The notes under the pieces: generated by a model | What the model was told of the DNA's origin: nothing | Seen by the model: the letters and a program-made list of their open reading frames with translations, nothing else | The model's database searches: none | In this document: piece by piece, positions 51,701-64,000 of the stretch | Position numbering within the stretch: the stretch's first letter is position 1 | Layout: each line of letters opens with the position of its first letter | Assembly: GCF_963921235.1 (NCBI RefSeq) | Contig: NC_086097.1 | Coordinates: 207,392,001-207,456,000, forward strand | Direction: 5' to 3' | Source of the DNA: Mobula hypostoma | Taxonomy: Eukaryota | DNA: 64,000 nucleotides | Position numbers and translations under genes: made by a program

Positions 51701-52209
51701 TATTTCACCCTCCAGCTCAAATGAGGAATTTTACACATCATGGTTGCTCTTATGGGACCACATACAGGAGTACTGTTGATTATTCAATCTGGGCACAATA
51801 CCCAAATTGAGATAGCCTTCTCTCCAGTTTGCTCCTCAATGTATTGGCCTAAAAAGCTTTTAATGTTCACACTCCTGGAATTCTCTCTCCATGAGGTTAT
51901 GGCTAATTTGATCTGTCCATCAAATATAGATTGAAGTTACCCATGTATACAACTCTACCCAAGTTGTACAAATTTTTATTTTCTTTTAATTCCATCCATT
52001 AAACCACTACTATGATGGCATATACATAACTCTCACCAATTTTTGTCTTGCAGTGTTTCTTAAACATGCCACATTATGATTTTCTTAACCAAAATCCTTC
52101 AAAGCTGTTGCATTGATTTTCTCTCTAACCAACAATACCCTGCCTCTTTTCCCTGTCCTAAAAATTGACTGCCTCTGAAAATTCATTTTTCATCCTTGAT
52201 CACCTGTTC

Positions 52210-52289
52210 CAGGGGTTCTCAACTTGGGGTCCATGGACCCCTTGGTTAATGGTAAGGCTCCGTGGCACAAAACAAGTTGGAAACCCCTG
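52210..52289. mobile_element. 80-bp hAT-like MITE
   Basis: CAGGGGTTCTCAAC...GTTGGAAACCCCTG. Confidence 0.75.
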
Positions 52290-52754
52290 CTATAGCACAT
52301 CTCTGACAGAAGAGATTCAGGGTAAGATCTTAGAAAATATAGACTGCCTACCATACCTGAGATGTCACAACACAAAAGCAAGTACGGATAAAATTCACCT
52401 ACACCTTCAGTCAATTAAGAAGCACCTAGCACAAAACTCAGTCTACTAAGCAATGATAACCCCAGTCTTCCAATACCCAAGTCCTGCCCTCACTGCATGC
52501 TACTAGGTTCCTCAAACAGATTTGCTTTGCCATGCTCTGACACAGTTAGAGATTATCAAGCATAGGAAAGAATTTAAATCATGAGTTCAAAGCCTCCATG
52601 GGAAAAAGAAATGCAACATTCTCATTGACTCTTTGCAAATTCTAGCCTATAAGTACACAAAGTAACATTCAGAATAGCATTGAGAATTGAGGTCAGGCAT
52701 CAGCAGCCAAAAGAAAACGGAGGGCAAGCATCACCTTCAAAGCTGTCCACTTAC

Positions 52755-52984
52755 CCACTCTGTCGGGCACCCCCTGTCCATTCCTCGAAGGGTGCCAGTC
52801 ACCTCATTATGTAAAGAACCATAGTAGAAATAAGTCATGCATTATTTCAAGGGACTGCCAAAAAGTGATGCTATTATACAATGCATCTGCTAGTTCTTTT
52901 CAATTGCTTCCCCTTGCCTTGCAAGTCTACAGTTGGAGGGACTCTTGTGGTAAATTGGTTAACCACAACAGAAATATTTTTTTC
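52755..52984 (-). other. Candidate non-coding 5'UTR exon of RB1CC1
   Basis: Non-repetitive-looking 230 nt bounded by the acceptor ctgttttctttagtag and the donor GG|gtaagt. No homology evidence. Confidence 0.3.
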
Positions 52985-53048
52985 CTACTAAAGAAAACAG
53001 GCATCTTAAAGTAAAACCTTCAGTGAAATCTGCTCCAGATCCATTTAG

Positions 53049-54365
53049 TCAGGTCCTACTCCAACAAGACGGGGCATCTTGTCTCTCACAATCCCTCCAG
53101 AAGAGTCCCTCTTCCCCACAGCTGTAGCACACCTCCTTCCGCTCACACTCCCGCTGGAAATGCCCCTCTTTCTCACAGTTATAGCACACGCTACCCACCG
53201 CCCCTCTCCTCCCAGGATGCCCGCTACTCCCAGCCCACTGTACTGCCCATCTCCTGAAGGGGGTGCTCTCCCTGACAATCCACTCATGTGAGGAGTCCCT
53301 ACCCACCTGCGACCCCTTGGGTTTCTCCGTTCTCAACCCGGCCACCACCTCCTGTACCGCTAAGGATCGTCCCGGGTGGCCAGAGCCCTCTTTTCGGCCC
53401 AACGCACTCTCATCCTCCCGTACTTCTCTAATCAGCTGACCGAATGATGGAGGGGTCTCCTTTTATAGGACTGCCGGAGACCCCAAGCCACCTTGTTCCC
53501 CCCCCCCCAGGGAACCCCTAGATATCTGATTCGTCCTCAACTTCGCCACCTCGTCCGCCTTCACTACCCCTTGGCGCCACAACCTATTAAGCATTATCTC
53601 CAGCCGAAAAATGTATTCTGACAGCTTTTCCCCTCTTCCCTGCCGCATGTTTTGAAACTTCCCTAAGAGCTCCCAGGAACCTCCCGTCAATCCAAACGCA
53701 CACTCCAAAGCTTCCAGATGCTCCGCGGACAACAACAGCCGGTACTCCCTGCAAACTTTCCACCAATTGCTGTCTCTTTCCCTCTTCTGAGCCTGGCCAC
53801 TCCCCTAACAACTGGGATGTGTTTTCGCTCCATGACTCATAATCGTCCTCCCCTTCCGGGGTGGGCATGGCTCCTGAGAAAATTCTCACTAGAGAGGTAA
53901 TGGCGGCTGCCAACTCGGAGGTCTCACCTCTAGCTGGGGGACAGGGCCTGACCAATCCTTCCCACTCTGATCCCTCCTCCCTCATTACCCCGAGAACTTG
54001 TTCCCTCGCACATTCCTTCAACCCTTCACCAGTGGCTACTGGTACCTCCCCTGGTGTCTCCTCACATTCGTCCTCCAGGAGGGTGTGGAGGCCCAGTGAC
54101 CCCGCCTCCCCTGGGACGCTGACCATCGCTGGCAGTTCCAACGTCATGACGTCAGCACTCGTACCAACCAACACCTAGCTGGATTCCACTTCTTCACCGC
54201 AACTTCTAGCTATCAGTTCTATCTTGCCGATAGTTTTTAAATCAGACTTAACCCTCGCACTAGCACTTCTTCCGAAGTGCGGAAATCCACCCCACTTAAC
54301 ACACACACATGATTAACTGGTACGTCCTCAAGCTCACACCAGCTTACAATCTTATCTCAATCCAT
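53049..54365 (-). pseudogene. Frameshifted Gypsy gag of the PNMA-like lineage
   Basis: KIVSWCELEDVPVNHVCVLSGV; RIFSGAMPTPEGEDDYESW...KRQQLVESLQG; LEALECAFG...QGRGEKLSEYIFRLE; zinc knuckles CYNCEKEGHFQREC and a degenerate CYSCGEEGLFWRDC. Confidence 0.85.
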
Positions 54366-54435
54366 CTCCGCACTACTTAATGTGGCAATTTATACCGCTT
54401 ATACACAATTCAACCCCGGATGCTGCCCCCACAAA

Positions 54436-55056
54436 TGTAACGCTCAGGTCTATCGGCTCGTGTTTACCTAGGGGAAACCCCGTCCGCCCGCCAAACCGTG
54501 TCTCACGGTTGTGTCATTGCTGTGTAATGCCACCTGGTACAAACTCACACATCAAATATCAGGCAGCACACAATGTACGATTTACAGATGACACGTTATG
54601 TAATTAACAGAGAGACAATATAGAAGGGAAAGTAAAAGGCGCCAGACTTATCAGAGTTCATTCACTTCGTGCACAACAGGTGGAGCTCAATTAACAGGGT
54701 CCTCTTTCCACCATTCAATCCCCCTCCGACCCCCTCGACTCGCAGCTCGGGGCCAACCACGGTGGTCGACCAGGGTGCTTCCAGCAGGTCCTTCCTCTTC
54801 AGGTCTCCTCCCGAAAGCCCGCCAAACCACACGGTTCTCACCCATATGAGACAGAAAAATATCACCCACAAAAAGAATAACATGGACACTCATTGGTTCG
54901 TTCCCACTCTTATCAATAATATAACCCAAACAAGCAGGGAAAGAGAGAATTCCTTACATTGCAGTTCTTACTACAGAAAAGCCATTTTTATTCTAACATA
55001 ACAAAGAAGCCATTTTATGAGCCTTCGCAGTAACATACAAGAAGAAACCACTTACA
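54436..55056 (-). mobile_element. 5' LTR of the Gypsy element (621 bp) with adjacent PBS
   Basis: TGTAA...TTACA ends. A few nt downstream lies TGGGGGCAGCATCCGGGG (54431-54414), similar to a tRNA-Pro PBS. Confidence 0.8.
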
Positions 55057-55329
55057 CAGAAGTTTCCAACTCTGCTTTATATCATGTTATGGAACCTTTC
55101 ACATTTATTTGAAGATCAAATGAGTCTCATCTAATAAAGCTATATATTACATTGCTGCACCCTCAATATGTGCTGACCTCAATGAATGGAACATGTAACC
55201 ACAACATTTAAACTTGGGCTAATACAAAAATAAAGCAAATTTAAAGATGAAAAAATATTCCAAGCAGCATTTATTAGCAGTTAACAATCACACTTAGTAT
55301 ACATTGCCATATATTAACAACATGCCTAA

Positions 55330-55810
55330 ATTAGAACATATCTTATGAAGATAGGCCAAGTGAGCTTGGGCTTCTCTCTTTGGAGCGAAGGAAGATTAGA
55401 GGTGCTTGATAGATGTATACAAAACAATAAGAGCATAGATTGAGAGACCCCCCCACCCCCCTGCCCTCCACCTCGCCGCTCGCCCCAAGAGCAAAAACGG
55501 CTTTGGAGGAAAGTATAGGGAGATGTCAAGAGGCAAGTTCTTTTTTTTAAAAAAATGCAGAATGGTGAGTGCATGGAATGCCCTGCCAGGGGTGGTGGTA
55601 AAGACAGATAGATTAGGAATATTTCAGAAACTCTAAGACAGGCACATGATGAGGGTGATACAGGAGGAAAAACTTGGTACAACCTCTTGAGCTGAAGGGC
55701 CTAGGGACATGATGATAGAAAATTGGAGGGCGATATAGGAGTAAAAACTTGGTACAACATCATAAGCTGAAGGGCCTATACTGTGTTGTAATTTAGTATG
55801 TTCTAAACTC
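55330..55810 (+). mobile_element. Old CR1 3' remnant
   Basis: Degenerate ORF2 end and 3'UTR with an internal duplication (aaaacttggtacaac...agctgaagggccta twice). Confidence 0.7.
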
Positions 55811-55999
55811 TTGATTCAGCATTGTGCGGTCTGGCACATTTTGAATCTTAGCACAAGATTCATACTAATTATCTAATTAAGATTTGTTTTGTTCTGTGTT
55901 CTTGTAAAGATATTTCTCTTGTACATTCTGCTTGTATGATGCCATGTGCCAATGATGCTGCCACAAGTAAGGTTTTCCATTGTGCTTATGCATACATGT

Positions 56000-57240
56000 A
56001 CTTAACATAAGAAATAGGAGCAGGAGTCGGCCATCTGATCAGTCGCGCCTGCTCCACCATTGAATAAGATCATGGCTGAACTGGCTGGACTCATCTCCAT
56101 CTACCTGCCTTTTTCCCCATAACCCTTAATCCCCTGCTATGCAAAAATCTATCCAACCTTGTCTTAAAAAATATTTACTGAGATAGCCTCCACTGCTTCA
56201 TTGGGCAGAGAATTACCACTCTCTGGGAAAAGCAGTTCCTCTTCATCTCCATCTCCATCCTAAATCTACTCCCCTGAATCTTCAGGCTATGTCCTCTATT
56301 TCTATTCTCACCTACCAGTGGAAACAACTTTCTTGCCTCCATCTTATCTATCCCTTTCATAATTTTATATGTTTCTATAAGATCCCCTCTCATTCTTCTG
56401 AATTCCAGCGAGTACAGTGCCAGGCAACTCAATCTCTCCTCATAGTCTAACCCCTTCATTTCTGGAATCAACCTGGTGAACCTCCTCTGCACCACCTCCA
56501 AAGCCAGTATATCCTTCAAGTAGGAGACAAAAACTGGCCACAGTTCTCTAGGTGTGGCCTCACTAGTACCCTATACAGTTGCAGCACAACCTCCCTGCTC
56601 TTAAATTCAATTCTTCTGCAATGAAGGCCAAAAATTCCATTTGCCTTCCTGATAGCCTGCTGCACCTGCAAACCAACTTTTTGTGAATCATGCACAAGCA
56701 CTCCCAAGTCCTTCTGCAGAGCAGCATACTGCCATTTTTTTACCATTTAAATAACCTGATCTTCCATTTTTCCTTCCAAAGTGAAGGACCTCGCATTTAC
56801 CAACGTTGTACTCTATCTGCCAGACCCTTGCCCATTCACTATACCTATATCTCTCTGCAGACTTTCCGTATCTTCTGCACAATTTGCTTTTACCCTCAAT
56901 TTAGTATCATCAGCAAACTTAGATACAGTACACTTGGTCCCCTCCTTCAGATCGTTACTGTATATCGTGAACAGTTGTGGGCCCAGCCACGATCCCTGCA
57001 GATCACCACCTACTGCTGCTTGCCAACAAGAGCAACATCCATGTATCTCAACTCTCTGCTTTCTGTTCGCTAACCAATCCTCTATCCATGCCAAAACATC
57101 AACCCCAACTCTATGCCTCCTTATCTTATGGATAAGTCTTTTAGTTGGCACCTTATCGAATGCCTTGTAGAAATCCAAGTAAATAACATCCACCTGTTCC
57201 CTCTATCCACTACACTTGTTATACCTTCAAAGAACTCCAG
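56000..57240 (-). mobile_element. CR1 3' portion
   Basis: DVIYLDFYKAFDKVP...KFADDTKL...YEERL...RGHSLKI. Confidence 0.9.
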
Positions 57241-57599
57241 TACTTGAGGATATGACAATAAACTTGAATTTGTGACATAACTAAGATGTAAAAATAAGAT
57301 TTGTACTAATCTGTAGCCAACTAATCTACCATGCAACTTCAGCAATCTCAGCCAACAGCTGTCTCAGCATTACCACCTTAGGGAAACTTTGGGTTATGGA
57401 CAATTCCTAAAACCATTTATACTTAAAACAGTTCTCCTGTGTGAAGGAAGGTTGTTGGAGGAAACTTCCGTGGTCCGGCATCACTCATGCTTCCAAGAGT
57501 GCTGTGGACTAGACAGCTTCAACCCCTAGCTATTTTCAAGAACTAATCAGTCTAGCAACACAAATGTTTTTTTCTGCATCTCATTTGGAAGCAAACTGA

Positions 57600-59002
57600 T
57601 TCCAAGATGGCACCATGTATGGCGGCAGCGTTACGAGCTCCATTCCAACTTTACAGTATACTTTTGATTTCTGTGATTTCCTTCGCATTTCTTGGTCAAT
57701 TAGCTGATTGTCACATCAGATACGATAGATTGACCCTGCTGAACATCAGGAAGACAGCATTTACCCACTACAATTTTGTACACTAGGATCCCCTGCTTAC
57801 GCGATCGATGGGAGACACACCTATTACACCACCACTACCTCGGAATCGGCGTCCTGGTGAGGTTGAGACGGCGTGCTAATCGGCCGTTGCTCCCTAGCAT
57901 ACCCCTCGCTAACATTCAGTCCCTGGACAACAAGCTTTGTGAACTGAGAGTTCCTACCAGTGAGAAACAAAGGAATGCAACGCTTTGTGCTTTATGGAGA
58001 CCTGGCTGACAGAGGAGATACCAGATCATGCCATTGACTCCTCTGGGTTCTCCCTGTTCTGGGCGGACAGGTGTAAAAACCTCTCTGGGAAGAGTAAAGG
58101 AGGTGGAGTATGCTTCATGGTATGACCACTGGAATGTGCATGCCCTCAAATCCTTTTGTTTCCTAGATGTGAAGTACCTGGTGCTGCTGTGCAGACCTTA
58201 CTGGCTGTCCAGGGAGCTTATGGCTGTTATTATCACAGCTGTGTATATTCCACCGCAGGCTGATACTGACCAGGCTCTCAAGGAACTATATGAGACCATC
58301 AGCACCCTGGAAACTGTACACCCAGAGGTTGCCTTCATCATCACTGGTGACTTTAATAGAGTGTTGCTGACTGAAGTCCATCCGAAGTTTTGCTAACACA
58401 TCCAAGTGAGCACACAGGGAGATAGCATACTCGACCACTGCTATTCTCCCTTCCGCAATGCTTACAAAGCGCTCCTCCACCACCCCCCCGCCATTTGGAA
58501 AATCAGATCGCTCCTCCATTTTACTTGTGCCAAAGTACAAGCAGAAGCTGAAACAAGAGGCAGCCATCGTTAAAATCATCCACTGTTGGTCCAACCAATT
58601 GGCCTCCATGCTGCAGGACTGCTTTGATGACATCGACTGGAATTTCTTCCATAATGTGGAGTTCATGGAAGAGGTCACAAGTTTCATCCAGAAGTGCATT
58701 GAGGAGGTTGTCCCCCTGAAATCGGTCAGGCTCTTTCCAAACCAGAAGCCCCGGACCAACAGTTCTGTACGAGTTCACTTACCACTCAAGACAGAGCTTA
58801 CATTGCCAGTACTCAACAAGAGCTCAAGAAATGCAACTACGATCTGCGCAATCAAGGCAGCAAAACAATACAGAGACAAGATTCAGACTCAACTTTCCAA
58901 CAACAAAACATGTAGCTTGTGACAAGGTCTGCACGCCACTGCAGACTTCAAAGCTAAACGCAGTGGAGTTTCCAACATCGATGCCTCTCTCTTAGACAAG
59001 CC

Positions 59003-59038
<36 letters not shown>

Positions 59039-60340
59039 AAGGCTCAATTCGATGTTGCCAATACTGAGCCTCTGAGGAGACCTGCAGATGATGCAACTGG
59101 CAGCTTGGACATTTCTGAGGCCAAAGTACGATGTTTCCAACAGATGGACAGTTGCAAGGCTGCAGGACCGGACAGCTTCCTAGGGCAGGTACTCAGGATG
59201 TGCGCAGCACAATTGGAAGGTGTGTTTACAGACATTTTTAATCTCTCCCTCTCCCAGTGTAGCGTGCCCTCCTGCTTCAGAACATTCACAATTGTCCCTG
59301 TACCTAAAAAGAGCAAGTTAACATGTCTGAACGCCTGGCATCCTGTCGCACTCACCTCAACAATAAGCAAATGCTTTGAAAGGCTGCTCAAGGACTACTT
59401 CTGCAGCATGCTGCCACCCACACTGGACCCCTTACAATTCAGTACTGACACAACGGATCAACAAGACGATGCAATAGCCACAGCACTACACACCGTCCTT
59501 AAGCATCTGGGGAAGAGGGATGCTCATTTGAGAATGCTGTTCTTGGACTACAGTTAAGCACTCAACACCACAATTCCCTCCAAGCTCAACAAGAAGCTCA
59601 GAGAGCTCGGCCTTCACCCTGCTTTGTGTAGCTAGATCCTGGATTTCCTGTCAGATCGCCAGCAGGAGTGGGCTTCCTCACCTCTGCCCCTCAGGACTTT
59701 GTCCTAAGCCCCCTCCTTTGCTCTCTGTATACCCATGATTGTGTCGCCACCCACAGCTCCAATCTGCTAATTAAATTTGCTGACAACACTACACTGATTG
59801 ACCTAATCTCAAATAATAATGAGGCAGCCTACAGAGAGGAAGTCATCACCCTGCCACAATGGTGTCGAGAAAACAACCTCTCCCTCAACAGTAGGAATGG
59901 AGACAGGCTAACCCCTATACACATCAATAGATTAGGGGTTGAGAGGTGAACAGCTTTAAGTTCCTCGGCATAAACATCACTGAGGATCTCACATGGTCTG
60001 TACATACTAGTTGTGTGGTGCAGAAGGCACAACAGTGCCTCTTTCACCTCAGACAGTTGAAGAGGTTTGGTATGGCCCCCCAAATTCTAAGAACTTTCTA
60101 TAGGGGCATGACTGAGAGTATCCTGACTGGCTACATCACTGCCTGGTATGGGAACTGTACTTCCCTCAATCACAGGACTCTTCAGAGAGTGGTGCAGGCG
60201 GCCCAGCGCATCTGTAGATGTGAACTTCCCACTATTCAGGACATTTACTAAGACAGGTACATAAAAAGGGCCCGAAGGATCATTGGAGACCCGAGTCACC
60301 CCAACCACAAACTGTTCCAGCTGCTACCACCCGGAAAACT
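57600..60340 (+). mobile_element. Near full-length decayed Rex1/Babar-like LINE (APE and RT)
   Basis: caagatggc head; LANIQSLDNK; AVYIPP...ITGDFN; KAAGPD...PVALTS; KFADNT. Confidence 0.88.
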
Positions 60341-60344
60341 TCCT

Positions 60345-61825
60345 TTGTAATTTTTAAAAATGATGTAGACGAGGAAGTGGAGGGCTGGGTTAGTAAATTT
60401 GCTGATGACACAAAGGTTGGGGGTGTTGTGGAAATTGTGGAGGGCTGTCAGACATTACAGCGGGACATCGATAGGATGCAAAACTGGGCTAAGAAGTGGC
60501 AGATGGAGTTCAACCCAGTTAAGTGTGAGGTGGTTCATTTTGGTAGGTGAAATACGATGGCAGAATATAGTGTTAATGGTAAGACTCTTACAGTGTGGAG
60601 GATCAGAGGGATCTTGGGATTCGTGTCCACAGGACACTCAAAGCTGCTGCACAGGTTGACTGTGGTTAAGGTGGTATACAGTGCATTGCCCTTCATCAAC
60701 CGTGGGATTGAGTCCAAGAGCTGAGAGGTTATGTTACAGCTGTAAAGAACCCTGGTCAGACCCCACGTGGAGTTCTTTGCTCAGGAAGGATGTGGAAACT
60801 ATAGAAAGGGTACAGAGGAGATTTACAAGGATGTTGCCTGGATATGTTGTAAACTTCTTTCGATCTACCCAATGCAAAGACACCACGTACTACAGTGAAT
60901 GCAACTTTAACTCTTTATTAATAGCAAGTTACCAGAGAGAAACCTCCTTAAGCACTCTCTTGGAGGCTGCTTCAGAGGTCTCCGGCTTCTGAAGCAAATA
61001 CAGCTCTTTTTATACATATGCAGTCATGTACACGGATACCAGTGGGTTCACCCCCTTAGTTTCTGTACAGATGAGTATTGTTAACTTTATCTGCCATAAA
61101 TTGTTCATGTAACAGTTTTAATTGCCACTATGTCTGGATACAGACAGGCATAGGCTTACCACTCAAAACCTCCTGCCCTTGAAATAGCCATTCCTTTTAA
61201 TGCTCATCTTGCAGGTGCCAAAGCAGAGTACGTCTCTTCCAGCAATTAATACAAGTTACTCTAAGCAAGAGCTGAAGGTATGCACAGGTCGCATACCAAG
61301 GATGATGTCACCCACTCAACTTATCTTATAAGAAAATATTTGTACTTCTATACTTTTTTTCGAAGTATTAGCCACTATGACCCTTACAAAAGAGCCAGGG
61401 TCACAAGAGGCCTACGAGATGCTAACTTAACATCTCAGATAGGTTGAGTGAACTTGGCCTTTTCTCCTTGAATCAATGGAGGATGAGAGGTGACCTGATA
61501 GAGGTGTATAAGATGAGAGGCATTGATCGTGTGGATGGTCAGGGCTGAAATGGCTAACATGAGAGAGCACAGATTTAAGGTGCTTGGAAGTAGCTACAGA
61601 GGGGATATCAGGGACAAGTTTCTTTTTTATATAATACAGAGCACTGAGTGCTTGGAATGGGCTGCCAGCAACTGTGGTGGAGGCCAATACAATAGCGTCT
61701 TTTTAAAGGCTCCTGGATAGGTACATAGAGTTTAGAAAAATAGAGAGCTATGGGTAATCCTAGGTAATTTCTGAAGTAAGTACGTGTTCAGCACAGCATT
61801 ATGGGCCAAAGGGCTTGTATTGTGA
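60345..61825 (+). mobile_element. CR1 3' portion split by a solo LTR
   Basis: Close match to 22710-23988. Confidence 0.85.
60845..61437 (-). mobile_element. Solo LTR (593 bp)
   Basis: TG...CA ends, 4-bp TSD gata at 60841-60844 and 61438-61441, AATAAA on the minus strand near 60915. Confidence 0.72.
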
Positions 61826-61994
61826 AAGCCAGGATCAACAGGCTCCGGGACAGCTTTCACCAGGTCATCAGACTGCTTAGTTCATGCTGACGCAACTATA
61901 TGTCTATGTTATATTGACTATCCTTTTGTACATAATATTATAAATTACTAAAATTGCACATTTGAACAGAGACGTAACAAAGATTTTTACTCCT

Positions 61995-62245
61995 CAGTGC
62001 CTCCACCACTGACTCAGGCAGTGTATTCCACGCACCAACCACTCTCTGAGTAAAAAACCTTCCTCTAATATCCCTCTTGAACTTCCCACCCCTTACCTTA
62101 AAGCCATGTCCTCTTGTATTGAGCAGTGGTGCCTTGGGGAAGAAGCACTGGCTATCCACTCTATCTATTCCTCTTATTATCTTGTACACCTCTATCATGT
62201 CTCCTCTCATCCTCCTTCTCTCCAAAGAGTAAAGCCCTAGCTCCT
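61995..62245 (-). mobile_element. CR1 3' fragment (same subfamily as 120-510)
   Basis: RGDMIEVYKIIRGIDRVDSQ...FFTQRVVGAWNTLP. Confidence 0.88.
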
Positions 62246-62423
62246 GTCAGTCACTTTACGTACAGACACTCCTGTGCCCAAGCATCACTTTATGGACGTA
62301 CAATCAAATCTATGTGTATACGCTCTTACACGAGGAAATCTGCAGATGCTGGAATTTCAAGCAACACACATAAAAGTTGCTGGGGAACGCAGCAAGCCAG
62401 GCAGCATCTCTAGGAAGAGTTAC

Positions 62424-62459
62424 AGCCGACGTTTCGGGCCGAGACCCTTCGTCAGGACT
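62424..62459 (-). ncRNA. Minimal hammerhead motif in the inverted pLTR
   Basis: AGTC-CTGACGA-AGGGTCTCGGCCC-GAAA-C-GTC|GGCT, with one G-U pair in stem I. Confidence 0.68.
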
Positions 62460-62758
62460 AACTGAAAGAAAAGCTAGTAAGAGATTTGAAAGTGTTAGGG
62501 GGGAGGCGGAGATCCGAAATGATAGAAGACAGGAGGGGGAGGGATGGAGCCAAGAGCTGGACAGTCCCTACACGACTCCCTTGTCCATTCGTTCCCCCCC
62601 CCATCCCTCCCCACCAATCTCCCTCCTGGCACTTATCCGTGTAAGCGGAACAAGTGCTACACATGCCCTTACACTTCCTCCCTTACCACCATTCAGGGCC
62701 CCAGACAGTCCTTCCAGGTGAGGCGACACTTCACCTGTGAGTTGGCTGGAGTGATATA

Positions 62759-62816
62759 GGTAGATAGATAGATAGATAGATATACTTTATTAATCCCGAG
62801 GGAAATTTGGTTTCGT
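62759..62816 (-). mobile_element. 58-bp Rex-like 3' tip with a (TATC)n tail
   Basis: tactttattaatcccgagggaaatttggtttcg resembles the Rex 3' end at 50064-50098; flanked by tata duplication. Confidence 0.7.
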
Positions 62817-63391
62817 TATACAGCGTCCAGTGCTCCCGATGCGGCCTTCTATATATTGGCGAGACTCGACACAGACTGGGAGATAATTTTGCTGCACACC
62901 TACGCTTTGTCCGCCAGAGAAAGCAGGATCTCCCAGTGGCCACACATTTTAATTCCATGTCCCATTCCCATTCTGATATGTCAGTCTATGGCCTCCTCTA
63001 CTGTAAAGATGAAGCCACACTCAGGTTGGAGAAACAAGACCTTATATTCCATCTGGGTAGCCTCCAACCTGATGGCATGAACATTGACTTCTCAAACTTC
63101 CACTAATGCCCCACCTCCCCCTTGTACCCCATCCGTTATTTATATACACACATTCTTTTTCTCTCTCTCCTTTTTCTCCCTCTGTCCCTCTCACTATACC
63201 CCTTGCCCATCCTCTGGGCTTCCCCCCTCCACCTTTCTTTCTCCCTAGGCCTCGTGTCCCATGATCCTCTCCTATCCCTTTTGCCAAACACCTATCCAGC
63301 TCTTGGCTCCATCCCTCCCCCTCCTGTATTCTCCTATCATTTCGGATCTCCCCCTCCCCCCTCAAATCTCTTACTTGCCTTTCTTTCAGTT

Positions 63392-63427
63392 AGTCCTGAC
63401 GAAGGGTCTCGGCCTGAAACGTCGACT
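63392..63427 (+). ncRNA. Minimal type I hammerhead ribozyme motif in the pLTR
   Basis: AGTC-CTGACGA-AGG(GTCTCGG)CCT-GAAA-C-GTC|GACT; predicted cut after 63423. Confidence 0.78.
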
Positions 63428-64000
63428 GTACCTCTTTCTAGAGATGCTGCCTGACCTGCTGCGTTCACCAGCAACTTTTATGTGTGTTACTTGTATATGC
63501 TCTTACATATATTTATTGTGGTTTTGTTATTATGTGTTCTTAATCTTGTGATTTTTTTGTACTAAATGCAATCCAGAGTAATAATTGTTTTGTTCTCCTT
63601 TACACTTGTGCACAGGAAATGACATTAAACAATCTTGAATCATGAAGAGAATGGTTATGTCGAAGAACTATATCCATGAAGAGTTCCATCTATTTCAATC
63701 AACATTCTGATCAGATGAATATTCAAAAAACTATTACATCCTACTGAAATTCAATATACATAATAATTCAATGTTGTTTGTATTCTTATTAAACATACAA
63801 AATGTGTTTGGTTGATGGAAAATGGCTTGGCTACATTTTGAGGAAGAAATGAACGGCCATGAAATGGAGAAGATGAAAGAGCAGATTAAGGAGATGTGAA
63901 AGGATTGGGCCTTTTGGAACGCTAAGTGAAGGATGAGGATGACATTTCAAGTGGTGAAAAGTCATTGCAAGTTGCAGAAACTAAAGGATGATACATCGGT

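Larger units (their letters stand above)
62331..63491 (+). mobile_element. 5'-truncated Penelope-like element (probably Neptune-type) with an inverted 5' pLTR
   Basis: Cys-rich linker PCKRNKCYTC, then GVIY/SVQCSRCGLLYIGET...GMNIDFS (GIY-YIG). Inverted arms ~62358-62563 and ~63291-63491. 16-bp TSD tgtata(c/t)gctcttaca at 62315-62330 and 63492-63507. Confidence 0.93.

Noticed and set aside
53049..54365. Domesticated, functional PNMA gene
   Set aside because: It has multiple frameshifts and stops and is still attached to an LTR and PBS.
53036..55060. caga at 53036-53039 and 55057-55060 as the TSD of the Gypsy element
   Set aside because: No 3' LTR is present, so a 4-bp match is likely chance.
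55100..64000. RB1CC1 promoter or CpG island with exon 1
   Set aside because: No CpG island is visible outside TEs; the promoter is probably right of the window.

Overview
Vertebrate nuclear DNA, most likely a cartilaginous fish such as a ray (inferred from the repeat families). The only host gene is RB1CC1 (FIP200, autophagy scaffold) on the minus strand. Nine coding exons run from the start codon at 45833 down to 2406, giving 1618 nt or about 539 codons. All have GT-AG boundaries with consistent phase, and the gene continues beyond the left edge. Most of the remaining sequence is transposable elements: nested CR1 LINEs, Rex1/Babar-like LINEs, a Hero-like RLE non-LTR element, Penelope-like elements (PLEs), Tigger/pogo and hAT-like DNA elements, tRNA-derived SINEs, two solo LTRs and a truncated Gypsy element with a PNMA-like gag. 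Most ORFs in the supplied track are TE fragments or spurious. Highlights: (1) a size-graded series of PLE fold-back insertions with 14-16 bp TSDs carrying minimal hammerhead ribozyme motifs, including ~210-240 bp near-perfect palindromes that fold at the ribozyme core; (2) three chained uORFs ending on the RB1CC1 start codon; (3) an inverted pair of similar LINE copies bracketing the start-codon exon. I cannot show from sequence alone that any of these is undescribed. TE boundaries without a stated TSD or TIR are approximate.
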